Assembly (NCBI GenBank): GCA_963755915.1
Contig: CAVWLP010000002.1
Location: forward strand, 3,168,001 to 3,232,000
DNA: 64,000 nt
Source: an uncultured Phycisphaerales bacterium
Lineage (GTDB): Bacteria > Planctomycetota > Phycisphaerae > Tepidisphaerales > Tepidisphaeraceae
Direction: 5' to 3'
Notes under the pieces: generated by a model
The model's input: the letters and a program-made list of their open reading frames with translations, nothing else
Told to the model about the DNA's origin: nothing
Databases searched by the model: none
In this document: positions 42,366 to 54,083 of the stretch, piece by piece
Layout of the letters: every line of letters starts with the position of its first letter
Position numbering within the stretch: the first letter of the stretch is position 1
Translations under genes and position numbers: made by a program

Positions 42366-43028
42366 ATGGAAGGCACCGTCGCTTCATCAATTCAGCGCGA
42401 GCAAGCCTACGGCTCTTTACGCCGGCTCTTGGTGTTGCAGCAACTGCCTTCCGGCCGCCGACTCCGCGAGCCAGAATGGGCCGTTCGGCTGGGCGTGCAT
42501 CGAACCGCTCTTCGTGAGGCTTTCGCTCGCTTGGAAGCGGAGGGACTCATCGTCCGCGGTCCCCAGACCGGATATTTCGTCCCCGCTCTCACCGATGACG
42601 ACCTGATCGAAATCACCAAACTCCGACTTGCCCTCGAATCGTTCGCCATCGACGAAATCTGTACCCTTGAGGAGAAATCATCCTCCCTCTCCGAGAGCCT
42701 CGCTCCGTTAAAAAAAGCCTGCGACGAATTCGAGCAGTTTGTAAACGGCGGTTATTTGCTCGGCGTCGTCGAAGCCGATCATCGATTCCACGAATCCCTC
42801 GTCAACGCGGCCGGAAGCCGTCGCCTTTCGATGCTCTACAATCGTGCGCCTCTGCCGCTCATCCAGCGTCAAATGGAAGAGCCCGAGGTCTGGATGGAAG
42901 TGTGCCGCGCCGCGCTCGCCGAACACCGCCAGATCCTGGCGGCACTCGCCCGCCGCGATGCCCCCCAGGCCCGCCAGCGCCTCCACGAACATATCACCAA
43001 GCGATCGCCTGTTTCTATCGCCCGCTGA
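42366..43028 (+). CDS. GntR (FadR/FCD) transcriptional regulator
   Basis: LGVHRTALREAFARLEAEG, LRLALE, DHRFH, EHRQIL. Confidence 0.92.
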   Translation: MEGTVASSIQREQAYGSLRRLLVLQQLPSGRRLREPEWAVRLGVHRTALREAFARLEAEGLIVRGPQTGYFVPALTDDDLIEITKLRLALESFAIDEICTLEEKSSSLSESLAPLKKACDEFEQFVNGGYLLGVVEADHRFHESLVNAAGSRRLSMLYNRAPLPLIQRQMEEPEVWMEVCRAALAEHRQILAALARRDAPQARQRLHEHITKRSPVSIAR

Positions 43029-44073
43029 TGCGCTTCCGATGCCCAACCTCAACCCAGCGACTGCCCGCAATACTCTCGAGGATTGCCAAATTACACTCCA
43101 GGTTCATCACCCCCTCCTCAAGCCCACATGGTGGCCGCGCCTTTCCTTCAATCGCATCCAGAAATCCATTCGCCTGCCGAATGAACAATTGATCCCGCTC
43201 CTGCGGGCCAGTCGGAAAATCCGACCACGCAGAATCCGGTTTCTCCATGCAGCGCCATCGCGAACGATGATATTCAAATCGCGCGATTCCCCGCTCACAG
43301 ATCACGCTGATCGTCGCCTCATTCGCCGCCTGATGCTGATTGAGGCTATAGGTCCCGGGAACATCCCCATGCCGCGCCAGCACGTGCACGGTGTCTTCAA
43401 CTTCAACATTCTCCAGCGCCTGGTGCGAGGAATCGGCCACCAGCCGATCGATCGGTCCCGCAAGCCATTGGCCGGCATCGAGGAAATGCGTCAATGCATC
43501 CTGCACCGCTCCACCGCCGCTCGCTCGCGAGGCGTAATAGGTTTGCGGGTAATTCGGTCGATACGTCGGAAAATGCTGCCCCGCGACGCAGACAATCTCC
43601 AGCACGTTTCCAAATCGTCCCGAAACGATCGCCGCCTGCATCTCCGCCAGCGCTTGATGCGCACGATATACGTACCCGACCGCCGCAACACGATTCTCGC
43701 TCGCCGCTCGCTCGCTCAGCGCCTCGATTCCATCCAGCGAAACAGAAAGCGGCTTTTCGATCAGCACGTGCAGCCCCGCATCAACGAGCCTCATTGCCAG
43801 GGGCACGTGCGTGGGCGCTGGAGTCGCGATAACCGCGCAGTTCACCCCCGCTTCAATCCCTGCATTAAGGCTCTCAACCCTTCGGGCGCTCGAATACCGA
43901 AGCGAAATTTCATTCCCCAGCGCGGAATTCGTATCCGCGAAAAGCACCTCCGCTCGGTTCGTGCTCAAAAAGCACCGAAGATGCCGCTCCCCTATCGACC
44001 CAACACCGACTACCAGGACTCGATGGCGTGCGACATCGCGGTTGGCGCCTCTATCATCAACTGTACGGCACAT
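43015..44073 (-). CDS. Gfo/Idh/MocA family oxidoreductase
   Basis: VVGVGSIGERH, LIEKP, GGGAVQDALTHFLD; start codon uncertain. Confidence 0.88.
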   Translation of the reverse strand: MCRTVDDRGANRDVARHRVLVVGVGSIGERHLRCFLSTNRAEVLFADTNSALGNEISLRYSSARRVESLNAGIEAGVNCAVIATPAPTHVPLAMRLVDAGLHVLIEKPLSVSLDGIEALSERAASENRVAAVGYVYRAHQALAEMQAAIVSGRFGNVLEIVCVAGQHFPTYRPNYPQTYYASRASGGGAVQDALTHFLDAGQWLAGPIDRLVADSSHQALENVEVEDTVHVLARHGDVPGTYSLNQHQAANEATISVICERGIARFEYHRSRWRCMEKPDSAWSDFPTGPQERDQLFIRQANGFLDAIEGKARPPCGLEEGVMNLECNLAILESIAGSRWVEVGHRKRISGR

Positions 44074-44088
44074 TTTTGGAGATTTGAA

Positions 44089-44113
44089 CGTCACAATTTA
44101 CATAACTGTGTCG
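44089..44113. promoter_or_regulatory. Candidate operator (second copy) in a divergent promoter
   Basis: CGTCACAATTTACATAACTGTGTCG between divergent genes. Confidence 0.5.
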
Positions 44114-44131
44114 TCAGACTATCATCCCGGA

Positions 44132-46532
44132 ATGTCGCGGGCAAGCCGACATTCCTGTAGCCCTCACCGTCCCCGTATTGCGCAGATTCCTCTCGCCGCA
44201 TTGATTGCTCTGGTGTTTGCCGCCCCAGCATACGCCGACGATCTTCACCAGATTTTCGTATCCCCCTGGTTCGAAAACCCGCAGAGCGTCCACAACGCCT
44301 GGACACCCGTGCGCCTGACTTTGACCAATCTCAGTGATGGGGATCCGCCCAATCAGTTTGTCGTCGCCGAAGTCCCCGGCCCCGATGGCCTCTTTGACGT
44401 GCAGATCGCAGTTGCCGTGCCCGGCGCACGCGCTGGACACAGTTGGTCTTACTTCCTCCATTTCCTCCTCAAAGAACCGAAAGCCCCACGATCTTTCGCT
44501 GGCAGATTTCCGGTGCCAATGTAGCACAGACCGATTTGCTCCTGCACCATTCTCCGGACTCCGATGATGCTGAGCGCCGCACGACGATCTTGAATCTCGC
44601 TGGCGACGACTTTGAGGAAGATTCCAGCAGCGATTTCGGCGCATTCGCAAAAACCCTATCGAACATCACGGGAACCACCACGATCCCCTGGCACGCCGAA
44701 CTACAACACGCCCTTCGCAACCCCGCTGGATACGACAGTTGTCGCCTGATCGCCCTGGCCGGTGGATCGCCCCAGATCCTCGACTCCCTTCAACGTCATG
44801 CCCTTCTCGAATTCGTGCGCACCGGAGGAACCCTTCTGGTCTGCGATCCCAAGCCTCAGGTCTCGTGGCTCGATCGATATCTCCCAGTACGGCTTATCGG
44901 CTCGCGCCTGGCGACCCACATCGGGCAAGTCGCCCTGAAAAATCCTGAGCAGATTTGCGAAGCAATTCCCGCTGGCGGTGAAGCCGTACTTTCGGACGGT
45001 TCTTTCGTTTACGCAGCTTACGCGTCGCTGGGACTCGGACGAATCTCATTCATCGGCTTCCCGATTACGTCACTGACATTGGACCAAGCTGCATCCCGGC
45101 GTCTCTGGTCCGATTTGCTCGGCCTCGCCGCTCCCGACCCATCATGGTCGGCTAGCGCCTTGCCCGCCCGCCAAAATGCGATCATCGGTCAAATGATCGG
45201 TACCCCCGTTCCCTCACGAGGCGTCGCATTTATTCTCGCCATCGGTTTCGCCGCTTTCGTGCTCGTAACCCAATTGATCTGGCGCACCGCTAATCGCCCG
45301 TTTGGCTACGTCATCACATCCATGGCCGCCATCGCCGGTTCTCTCGCCTTGCTGATCCTGGGCATGGCGCACCAGCGATCCGCGCCCCTCGCCGCCGCCG
45401 CAGTGGATGTCGCGCACCTGAGCGACAGCGGCGGCTTCGTTCAGGAATTTGCCGCATTTACCGGAAATGAAAGTAATCTCGAACTTACCACCTCTGACTG
45501 GCAATCAACCCTTCGCCCATCGGCTTACGACGATTCCCATCCCCCGATTCTGTGCCTTGCGCCCTTCTCCGCCCCTGATGCCGGAGCAGCTCCGCGCCGC
45601 GTCGATCGGATCTGGGAAGCCTCCTCTCCGATCCCCGCCGGAACTTCTGCCACAGCATATGGCACGTTCGATCAATCCGGCCTCAATCTTTCGGTGAACA
45701 ATCAGATCAACTCACCGCTTCTAAATCCTGTGCTCGTCTACGGCACAAGCGTCTATCCCCTGAAATCGCTTCCAATTGGTGTCTCAAGAACAACGCTCAC
45801 CGCCAGATATAATCGCTCGCAGTCAGACCCGTTCGTCAACGCCGGCCCCATCATCAACGAATCGGACATCCTCTGCACCAAATCCTCCGATCGCTCCTGA
45901 CCATCTCTCAAACGTCAGAAACTCCTGCCGACATTTCATCTCGCGCCTGGGTTGCTGGTTGGACGGGTTCTGAGCCGTCTCTGATTGCCTCCTCGATCCA
46001 GCCAGCGCTCAATCGCTCGCTGAAACTGGCAATCTTCCCCTTTGTCATTCACCCCTCGCCGCCAGGTTCGGCCATTAAGGTCGATTCCGGCTTTAACGAA
46101 GTCCTCATCAATACCGGCTCCATCCCAATCTACGATTCCTGGAAGGGCGACTGGGTCGGTTGCAACCAAGGCGGCCTTTGGGAAATCGGAATTCGCCCCC
46201 CTCGAGCAATCGGTCCTGCGAATTGGACCCGCGCCACCCTTCACGCAAGCATCGAGCTTCCCATGCAGACGATGACAATTCGTCACGAGCAGGTCCAGAA
46301 CGGAAGCGTTCAAATCAACCCTGCCGGCGCCGAGGTCGCAACGTGGTCAAACACATTCGGCTCCCAACCTGTAGCATCCTTCGATCTCTCTTCAAACGAC
46401 ATCGATCGCAACGGGACACTTTGGCTCCTGGCAAAAGTCAACGCGCCTTCCGATTCCAGTTCCGCCCATCTCTGGCAATTCACGGAATTCGGCGTCGACC
46501 TCTTCGGCCAGACACCATCGGAAAACCACTAA
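44132..46532 (+). CDS. Membrane-anchored accessory protein of the ABC exporter; several frameshifts
   Basis: Signal peptide, WTPVRLTLTN, ALLEFVRTGGTLLV, TM pair; pieces in ORFs 43811, 44443 and 46263; stop overlaps the ATPase start. Confidence 0.6.
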
Positions 46533-47468
46533 TGTCCAAGGATCCAAACCAAGTCGTGCTTCAGACCCGAAATCTCTCCAAGCGCTACGGCGAGCACGTC
46601 GCACTTTCTGATCTCAATCTCCAAATTCATCGCGGCGAAGTATTCGGTTACATCGGCCCAAATGGGGCCGGAAAAACGACCACCTTCCGGATTCTCTGCG
46701 GCCTACTGGAACCATCTGAAGGCAGCGCCTTGATCGCCGGGGAGGACGTCACCCGCAACAAGGACCGCATCAAGCAGCTCGTCGGCTTCCTTCCCGATAA
46801 CTTCGGCGTCTATCCCTCCTTGCGCGTCTGGGAATATCTCGACTTCTTTGCTGCCGCATACAATCTTCCCAGAAAGGCGCACCCCGATCGGATCAATCAC
46901 TGCCTCCAGATCGCCAACGCCAAGGAATTCCGTGACAAGCTTCTCGGTGGACTTTCCCGCGGCATGAAGCAGCGCGTAGGAATTGCCAAGACCCTCCTGC
47001 ACGATCCACAGGTCCTGATTCTCGACGAGCCTGCCGCCACGATCGATCCGCGCCCGAATCGAAATGCGACGACTTCTCCGCCAGCTCGCGGACCTCGGCA
47101 AGGCCGTGCTCGTCTCCTCTCACATTCTTCCCGAGCTGGCCGACGTCTGCGACACCGTCGGCATATTGCAGGAGGGCAAGCTGGTCGCTAACGGCACCCT
47201 CCACGACATCATGCTCAATATCCGCCAGAAGCGCCTGATGCAGATTCAGGTCGTCGGAAGCCTCGAGAAGGCCCGCGAACTGCTCTCCGCCAGGGGATGG
47301 GAACCCATCCAATCGCCCGAACCCGATGTCCTTCGATTTGAAGTCCAGGCGGATGAACCGCAATTAGCCGAAGCGCTCGCCGAACTCGTTCGCGATGGCG
47401 TCACGGTGTTTGGATTTACCGAAGTTCCCGCGGATCTCGAGGATGTCTTTATGTCCCTCACCCGGTGA
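46532..47468 (+). CDS. ABC-2 type ATP-binding protein; frameshift at ~47050
   Basis: GPNGAGKTT, LSRGMKQR, LILDEP, VSSHIL. Confidence 0.9.
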
Positions 47469-47497
47469 GGAATCTTCAGGACTGTCTCGAATAAAAG

Positions 47498-49165
47498 ATG
47501 AACATCATTCTCCTTAAAGATCTTGTCGAACTCCTTCGCCTTCGCCGGGTGGCCGCCATTCAGATCTCATTTGTCATCGTGCTGTCTTTCCTCACCTTGG
47601 CGACCTGGCCGCAAAGCGGTGTACTCGCCGTCGCCGCGCAGGGGCGCGACACCCTTCTCTTCGGCCTGGTCATCGGCCAGCTCGCCCTGCTCACCCTGTT
47701 CGTCCCCAGCATGGCCGCAACTGCGATCTGCCGGGAACGCGAGATGAACACCTTCGAAATGCTCTACGCATCGAGCCTCTCTCCCAGGCGCATTGTGATC
47801 GGCAAAACTCTCTCCGCAGTCAGCTTCCCGTTTCTCCTCATCATCGACGGGTTGCCCTTTCTATCGCTGTTGGTTTGGCGCGGAGATGTCGATTTTCGTC
47901 AGTTGCTGCTTTCCTACTCCGTTCTGGTCGTCGCCGCCATCATGCTGGCCCTGATCTGCCTCGCCGTCTCCGCATTCAGCCATCAAACTGCAACGGCCAT
48001 CATCGTTTCCTACATTCTGGTTCTGACTCTTTTCGGCGGCCTTCTGGTCCCAGCGTCCCTGCTCCTTCACGAATCTTCTGGGTTGCTTGCGATGGTCCTC
48101 CACTACGCTCGATCGCTTTCCCCTGTCGCAGCCGCCCTCAGCCTGCTCAGGCCGGATTTCGGCGACGCCCTTTTTGGTGGCCGCGCCCAGGACGGATTGC
48201 TCCCCATCTGGCAAGTCTTCCTCCCCCTTGCCGGTCTCACCATCATCGGCTGCTTCTGCGCACTGGTCGCGCATTTGCAAAAACCTCCCGCGGAAAAGCA
48301 GCAGAAATTCGACCCCGCCCTTGCCGGTGAGGATCGTACTTTGGTCCGCAAAGTGGTTTTCCTCATCGACGACCGCAAACAGCGCAAGCCCCTCGGATCG
48401 CTGAATCCCATCGCCGGCAAGGAGCGACGCACCCACGGGATTCGCAGCGGACGCTGGATGATCCGCACCTTTTACGCATCACTCGTTTTCGCCCTCGCCT
48501 TGGCCGTAATGGGCCTCTACGGCGGAATCGAACACGCCGATCTGCTTGCCCATGTTGCCACAATCCTTGTCGTGCTCCAGCTTTGCTTGGTAGCCATCAT
48601 CGACCCAATCCTTACCTGCTCCACCATCAGCAATGAAATCGAAACCGGCACGTTCGAAATGCTGCGGCTTACGCCGCTCAAAAGTTCCACGCTGTTCTGG
48701 GGCAAACTTCTTCCTGCGCTTCCCGCGGCACTTTTGCCGGTCGTGGCGCTACTGCCCGCTTACGGTGCAATCGCTTATGTTGATCCGGGATACCTCTCCC
48801 GCTTTCTCGTCCTTCTTCCCGTCGTCCTTTTGTCCGCGCTCTTCTGCTGCATGGTTGGCCTGGCCGCCAGTTGCTTCTTCGATCGCACCGCCCGCGCCAC
48901 CGTTGCGGCTTATCTATGCTGCGCCGCGATCTTTCTGATCCCCGTCTTCCCATACCTCGCGTCGGGCGTTGAGATCAGCTCGACCCTGGGCGCCTGGCTC
49001 GGACTTACTAGCCCCCTCGTCATCGCCCTTAACTTCATGCCCGGCGGGCTGCCCGATGTGCGCACGATCTGGCTGGTTCATCTGATCGTAATCGGCATCA
49101 TGTGCATCGTTCTGCTGTTCGGCTCTCGATACCGATTGACCGTCCTGATGCGCCGTGGAGACTGA
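47498..49165 (+). CDS. ABC-2 type permease with a duplicated domain
   Basis: Many TM helices; repeated EREMNTFEML / EIETGTFEML motif. Confidence 0.85.
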   Translation: MNIILLKDLVELLRLRRVAAIQISFVIVLSFLTLATWPQSGVLAVAAQGRDTLLFGLVIGQLALLTLFVPSMAATAICREREMNTFEMLYASSLSPRRIVIGKTLSAVSFPFLLIIDGLPFLSLLVWRGDVDFRQLLLSYSVLVVAAIMLALICLAVSAFSHQTATAIIVSYILVLTLFGGLLVPASLLLHESSGLLAMVLHYARSLSPVAAALSLLRPDFGDALFGGRAQDGLLPIWQVFLPLAGLTIIGCFCALVAHLQKPPAEKQQKFDPALAGEDRTLVRKVVFLIDDRKQRKPLGSLNPIAGKERRTHGIRSGRWMIRTFYASLVFALALAVMGLYGGIEHADLLAHVATILVVLQLCLVAIIDPILTCSTISNEIETGTFEMLRLTPLKSSTLFWGKLLPALPAALLPVVALLPAYGAIAYVDPGYLSRFLVLLPVVLLSALFCCMVGLAASCFFDRTARATVAAYLCCAAIFLIPVFPYLASGVEISSTLGAWLGLTSPLVIALNFMPGGLPDVRTIWLVHLIVIGIMCIVLLFGSRYRLTVLMRRGD

Positions 49166-50838
49166 TGATGTTCCTGGCCCGGACAATTTTTCTCTTCCTA
49201 TTGAGCGCAGTCGCCTCCGCAGGCGCATCCAGCGTAATTCTTCCCTCCATTGAGACACCCCTACCCTTTGGCATCAATGTCATTTCGCTGCCACCACCCG
49301 CCCGCGTGAACCTCACTAGCCCCAGAACCGTCGATCTGCTCACCGCCGAATTACGTAAGCCCGAAACGACTCCAGATCGTAAGGCGGAACTGATCGCCGA
49401 TCTCGCCCGAACCCAGCTCCAATCTGCCGCAATTCCCCTGATCAACGCCGCCGGCGATCCCGACCCCGCGATCCGTGCATGTGTTGCCCAGGCCCTCGCG
49501 TCGCTCGCCGATCCGTCCACATCCGATGCGATCAAGCGCCTTTCAATCGACAACGATCCTGAAGTCCGCGCCGAGGCCGACCGCGCCGCCGGCGCACTCC
49601 ATCTGCAAGATCTAGTATCCGCAGGCATACGCGACCCCGAATCCGAGGTCGTCTGCGCTTCTCTCTCAGTTGCCGCCGACCCGCAAGCCGGCGAAATCGC
49701 CGCCCGATTGGCCGACCCAGAGATCAATATCCGCGTCGCCGCCATCAACGCGGTCGCCCGCGCGGATCTTCAGCGCCGATTCCGATGCCGTCGCTGCGCT
49801 CCTCGACAAGGATCTCGCCACGAGCATCGCAGCCGTCCGGGCATAGGCGTCATCGGCGCCGCCTCCCACGCAAACGACGTCGTCAAACTTCTCTCCGATC
49901 CACATCCCACCGTACGCCGTGAAGCGACCATGGCCCTCGTGGGCGTTCTGTCGCCAGCCGATGCCCAGTCGCTCGCGATCAAAATGCTTGCCGACGATGA
50001 CGAATCTGTCAGAACGTCTGCCGCCCTCACCCTTGCAAAAGTACCCGGCCTCGCCGCCGTCGTTCCCTTGGTCAAACAGCTTTCGGATCCGTACGTCCCA
50101 TTGCACGACGCCGCACGTTCCGCGCTTCTTGCCGCCGGCAGCGCGGCCATTCCCGCCGCTGAAAATCTCCTGGATGATCCAAATCCCCGCCGCCGGGAGG
50201 ACGGCTCCTGGCTGCTGGGAACTCTTCACAACCCGACCGCCTTCCACCGGCATCTTGCGTTACTCAATGATCCTGACTGGAATGTCGTCGCCCAGGCCGC
50301 CGAATCTCTCGGCGAAATTGGCGATTCCAGCGCCGGTCCCAAACTCCAGCAAACCTTCGAGCGCGCCTGCAATCTCATCTCCGGGACCGAGGTGCCGACT
50401 GCGCCCGCCGCAGTGGCCGCGACGAATGCGATTGTGTCCGCCGTCCAACTCCGTTTTGCCCCCATCGTTCCCGAGGTAACTCCGCTGATCCTTAAGCGGG
50501 GCGACTATCCTCCGAACGTTCGTGCCGCCGCCATTTGGGCGGTTGGCATCCTCGGCGCTCCCGACGAGTCAAATATTTTCCGCCAACTACACAACCTCAT
50601 CGAAGACCCGTTCGAAGCCGGCGACGTAAAGATCGAATCCGTCAAAGCGGTCGGAAACCGAAAATCACTTGACGGCAAATCCGTCTTCGACTCCGCCGCC
50701 GCCGTGATGACGTCCGACGAGCAACTCGCAATAGTACACTGGTCCGAGGACCGCCTGTATGGCTCTGTCACTCCGTTTTCGCTGCCCGTCGAAAAGTTCA
50801 TCGCCGACACAAGCATCACGGACCAGGTCGGCAACTGA
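49165..50838 (+). CDS. HEAT-repeat protein with a signal-peptide-like N-terminus; compensating frameshifts at ~49765-49845
   Basis: Repeated L.D.DP.VR..AA.ALG motifs. Confidence 0.85.
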   Translation: MMFLARTIFLFLLSAVASAGASSVILPSIETPLPFGINVISLPPPARVNLTSPRTVDLLTAELRKPETTPDRKAELIADLARTQLQSAAIPLINAAGDPDPAIRACVAQALASLADPSTSDAIKRLSIDNDPEVRAEADRAAGALHLQDLVSAGIRDPESEVVCASLSVAADPQAGEIAARLADPEINIRVAAINAVARADLQRRFRCRRCAPRQGSRHEHRSRPGIGVIGAASHANDVVKLLSDPHPTVRREATMALVGVLSPADAQSLAIKMLADDDESVRTSAALTLAKVPGLAAVVPLVKQLSDPYVPLHDAARSALLAAGSAAIPAAENLLDDPNPRRREDGSWLLGTLHNPTAFHRHLALLNDPDWNVVAQAAESLGEIGDSSAGPKLQQTFERACNLISGTEVPTAPAAVAATNAIVSAVQLRFAPIVPEVTPLILKRGDYPPNVRAAAIWAVGILGAPDESNIFRQLHNLIEDPFEAGDVKIESVKAVGNRKSLDGKSVFDSAAAVMTSDEQLAIVHWSEDRLYGSVTPFSLPVEKFIADTSITDQVGN

Positions 50839-50913
50839 AAACCGAGGATTCCCATGCCGGAAATCGAATCGTCCAACGACACGCAGCTGTTTGTCCCCTG
50901 TTCGTCGCTCGCT

Positions 50914-52344
50914 CTATACGCCACTCTCGTCCTCATACACCGGCGCCACGTAATGTTGGCTTCCCCCCAGCCGCACCCAATTACGATATAAAACCAACCA
51001 TAAAACCAGGGATATGGCCGTTAAGACCGCGCTCCACCAGTAAATCACCTTGTAGGACCCCATCCGGTCCACGACCAATCCGACCACATAGTTCGAAACA
51101 ATCACAAATATCGATTGCGTCAGCGAAACCGCCGAGGTGAATTGCCCAAATTGAGTCTTCGGGAATATCGCCGGCAGCAGCGGCCCGCTTGCTGAAACCG
51201 CCAGCGCCGCAGCCACCGCCGCGAGCGTCGTCCACACAAAAAAGCTCCGCTCGGAATGGATTCCCAGCGCGCTTCCCAATCCGACCGTCAGCGTCACCAT
51301 AAACCCAATCAGGCTAAGCCGCATCGGATGGATCCGGTCGGCCAGCCACCCAAACGGATAAAATAAGATTACGCTGATGACCGATCCCCAACTAAGTATC
51401 TTCCCATAGTCGTCCAGCGTCATCCCCAGGTCTTTGGCGAACAAGATTCGAAACAAAAGAATCCCCGATCCTCCCGCCGTTGAAAGCCCAAACGCCAGAT
51501 AAAGCGTCCAGTAAAACCGGACGAAAAAACACTCGCGGATAAAGGTCCGCACGCCCGAAAATCGCGATCCCCCATCGACAGCCGGAGCCGGCGCTGGATA
51601 TTCCCCCTCCTTCACTCGCCAACTCATGACCAGAAATACCGAAAGGTAAATGATCGCAATGGACAAAAATACCGCATGCGGATGTTTTTCGGCGGCTCCC
51701 AGAAAATACCTGCTGAATACGATTCCTCCGCCCGCCCCAACCACTCGAAACAAAGCATAAAATCGCCCCAGGAATTGCTGCGGAATTACGTCATTGAACA
51801 GGTAGTAATAAACGTAATAAACGAACACGTTAAAGAATTGAAACAGAATCGAACACACCGCCACCGAGAAAAAAATAACCTGCCCATTTGAAATCGAACC
51901 GAACCGCGCAAACAGCATCCCATGAAGCCCCGCCCCGATGCTCGGCGCATACCCCGTCAGAACCACACACCCCGCCACAATCGGCGAAAATAAAACCAGG
52001 TACGGAATTCTGCGGCCCCATTTCCCCCGATGACGGTCGCTCCGGTAACTCACCACCGGTGCAAAAAGCAGGTTCAAAATATTCGGAATCGTCCCCGCGA
52101 TCAGCCCGATTGTTGCGTTGGATATCGAAATATCCTTCAGCATCACCGGAACGAGCGACGGTACCACCCCTTCCATCATCGTGAAGCAGAAATCCCCAAA
52201 CAGCATCCAGAAGAAAACGATCACCAGCCCCCGGTAGGTGTAGACGAGCGTCCCGACGCGAAAGAGGCGTTCGCCGCCGTCCGCCAAGTCCCTGCCGGCT
52301 CTTGCCTCAATCGGATTCGTCACCGGGCTGTCCTTTGCCTGCAA
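50914..52344 (-). CDS. MFS transporter (glycoside-pentoside-hexuronide/MalT-like)
   Basis: 12 TM pattern; SDRHRGKWGRRIPY; GWLADR. Confidence 0.85.
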   Translation of the reverse strand: MQAKDSPVTNPIEARAGRDLADGGERLFRVGTLVYTYRGLVIVFFWMLFGDFCFTMMEGVVPSLVPVMLKDISISNATIGLIAGTIPNILNLLFAPVVSYRSDRHRGKWGRRIPYLVLFSPIVAGCVVLTGYAPSIGAGLHGMLFARFGSISNGQVIFFSVAVCSILFQFFNVFVYYVYYYLFNDVIPQQFLGRFYALFRVVGAGGGIVFSRYFLGAAEKHPHAVFLSIAIIYLSVFLVMSWRVKEGEYPAPAPAVDGGSRFSGVRTFIRECFFVRFYWTLYLAFGLSTAGGSGILLFRILFAKDLGMTLDDYGKILSWGSVISVILFYPFGWLADRIHPMRLSLIGFMVTLTVGLGSALGIHSERSFFVWTTLAAVAAALAVSASGPLLPAIFPKTQFGQFTSAVSLTQSIFVIVSNYVVGLVVDRMGSYKVIYWWSAVLTAISLVLWLVLYRNWVRLGGSQHYVAPVYEDESGV

Positions 52345-52403
52345 GCGAAAGCCCTTATTTCCTGATCGCCAGTCTCACCCGCCAACATTAGCGCTTGGCA
52401 AAA

Positions 52404-53962
52404 TCATATCTCTCCGCGCTCTGCGCCAGGTCGCGGGCCGGTGATTTGTTGCGGGCTTTCAGACGTGAAGACCTGCGCGAGCTTGCGCTCATGCTCATCC
52501 TGCGTCATCGCATGAATGCGCGCATCCGACATATAAAACTTCAGCCGGATTTCCTTCCCTACCAGCCGGCCCAGCCCACCGTTCTGTCTCCACCGCACCG
52601 GATGCGACAGCGCATTTCCCTGAATCGGTATCGAATCGCTCTCTAGGAACCCGTCGATCGGTTTCCAGTCCCGGCTCAGCGCTTCCACCCGAATGCTCCC
52701 CGATCCCCACGTGGCCGCATTCAGAAAAAGATTCGGATAGCGGACCACGAACGGTTTGGTCGCAAACCGGCACGGCAAATCGTGCGTCGCCGCCTCCATG
52801 CTGACGAATCGGTCTCGCTTGAACGTGACCAGCCCCATTGCCGTCCCCGTGTACTGCGGCGATTTGTTATCTCCGCATTCCACGTTGTGCGGATAGTTAA
52901 CGCCCTCGTAATAAATATAAACAGTATCGTCCACGACCAGTGGCTCCGGCTGAAAACCCGTCATCACCATGTAATCGAAATATCCCAGGTCCCCCGAAGG
53001 AATAAACACCTCCCGCCGGCAAACACGCGAAAAATCCGTTCCATTGCGGCTCGTGATCAGTTGCACATCAATATTCTCAGGCCCCGGAACCGCGTAATAG
53101 ACCGACATGTACCCAATGTAAACCTGCTCGTAGTTCATGCACGAAAGGTTGTAGATATCCGAATTCACCGGATCGTCCGCATCCATCGAAACGATCACGC
53201 GATAGTTTCCCCAATCCTTCAGGTTCTCGCTGTCCGTGTACGAAAAAACCCGCACATAGCGATCCACCGCCTTCGAATTCTCATCCCCCGGCGCGGCCAT
53301 CATTCGTTCCCCCTCCTGCGGAATCACCCGGCGGTAAACCACCCACTTCTTCTTCGCCTTGTCGTAGATCAGTTGAATCAGGGCATCGTCCCCCCACGAA
53401 GCGACGTCCAGGTGCGTCTGCCAAAATGGATTCTCATCAAAGTGCCAGTGAATCCCATCCGGCGAGGTCCCCAGCCGCGCCCGCGCTTTTTCATCGAGAA
53501 GGCCAACCCCACATATTTCTCCCGCTCATTCCTGGGATGCGGATGGCGCACCACCGACACGATGAATCCCTTGTTCCCCTGGACCACATTGTTGTGCTTC
53601 GCCGCGGCCCGGTCTCCCAGAAAAACGACGTTATGATCCTTCCTGCCCCCCAAATCCGTCGCGCCCAGCATCGGCCGGTCCCAGTGGATTCCATCGGTCG
53701 ACGTGTAATACGCGCTATACGCCGCGTGGTCTGCGACATAATGCTCCCGGAAATCCGACCCGCATCGGCACCACAGCTTGAACAGCTTTTCCTCCGAATC
53801 GTAAAGCGTCGCATACGGCAGGAGCTGATTCCCCTCCCACCACTTGTCCGGCCGCAAGACCGGGTTTAAGAGATGCTTGCGCGGACGATGCACCCTTCGC
53901 CCTACCCCAGCAACCATTTCAATCAGGTGATCATCAAGAAATAACTCGGTGATTGAGGCCAT
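52404..53962 (-). CDS. Five-bladed beta-propeller glycosidase-like protein, distant paralogue 3; frameshifts at ~53480-53340
   Basis: ELFLDDHLIE, KHLLNPVL, STDGIHWDRP, GLVTFKRDRFVS, LVGKEIRLKF. Confidence 0.7.
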
Positions 53963-54083
53963 GACGTCTTATACCTCGTATAAAAGGCTCAAAATCGCCC
54001 GCCACTTGAAATTCTTTGCATATCGTAACGTGGGCGATACTATATCGGCCATGGGCGGTGGATCAAAGAAAAATGCCAAACAA

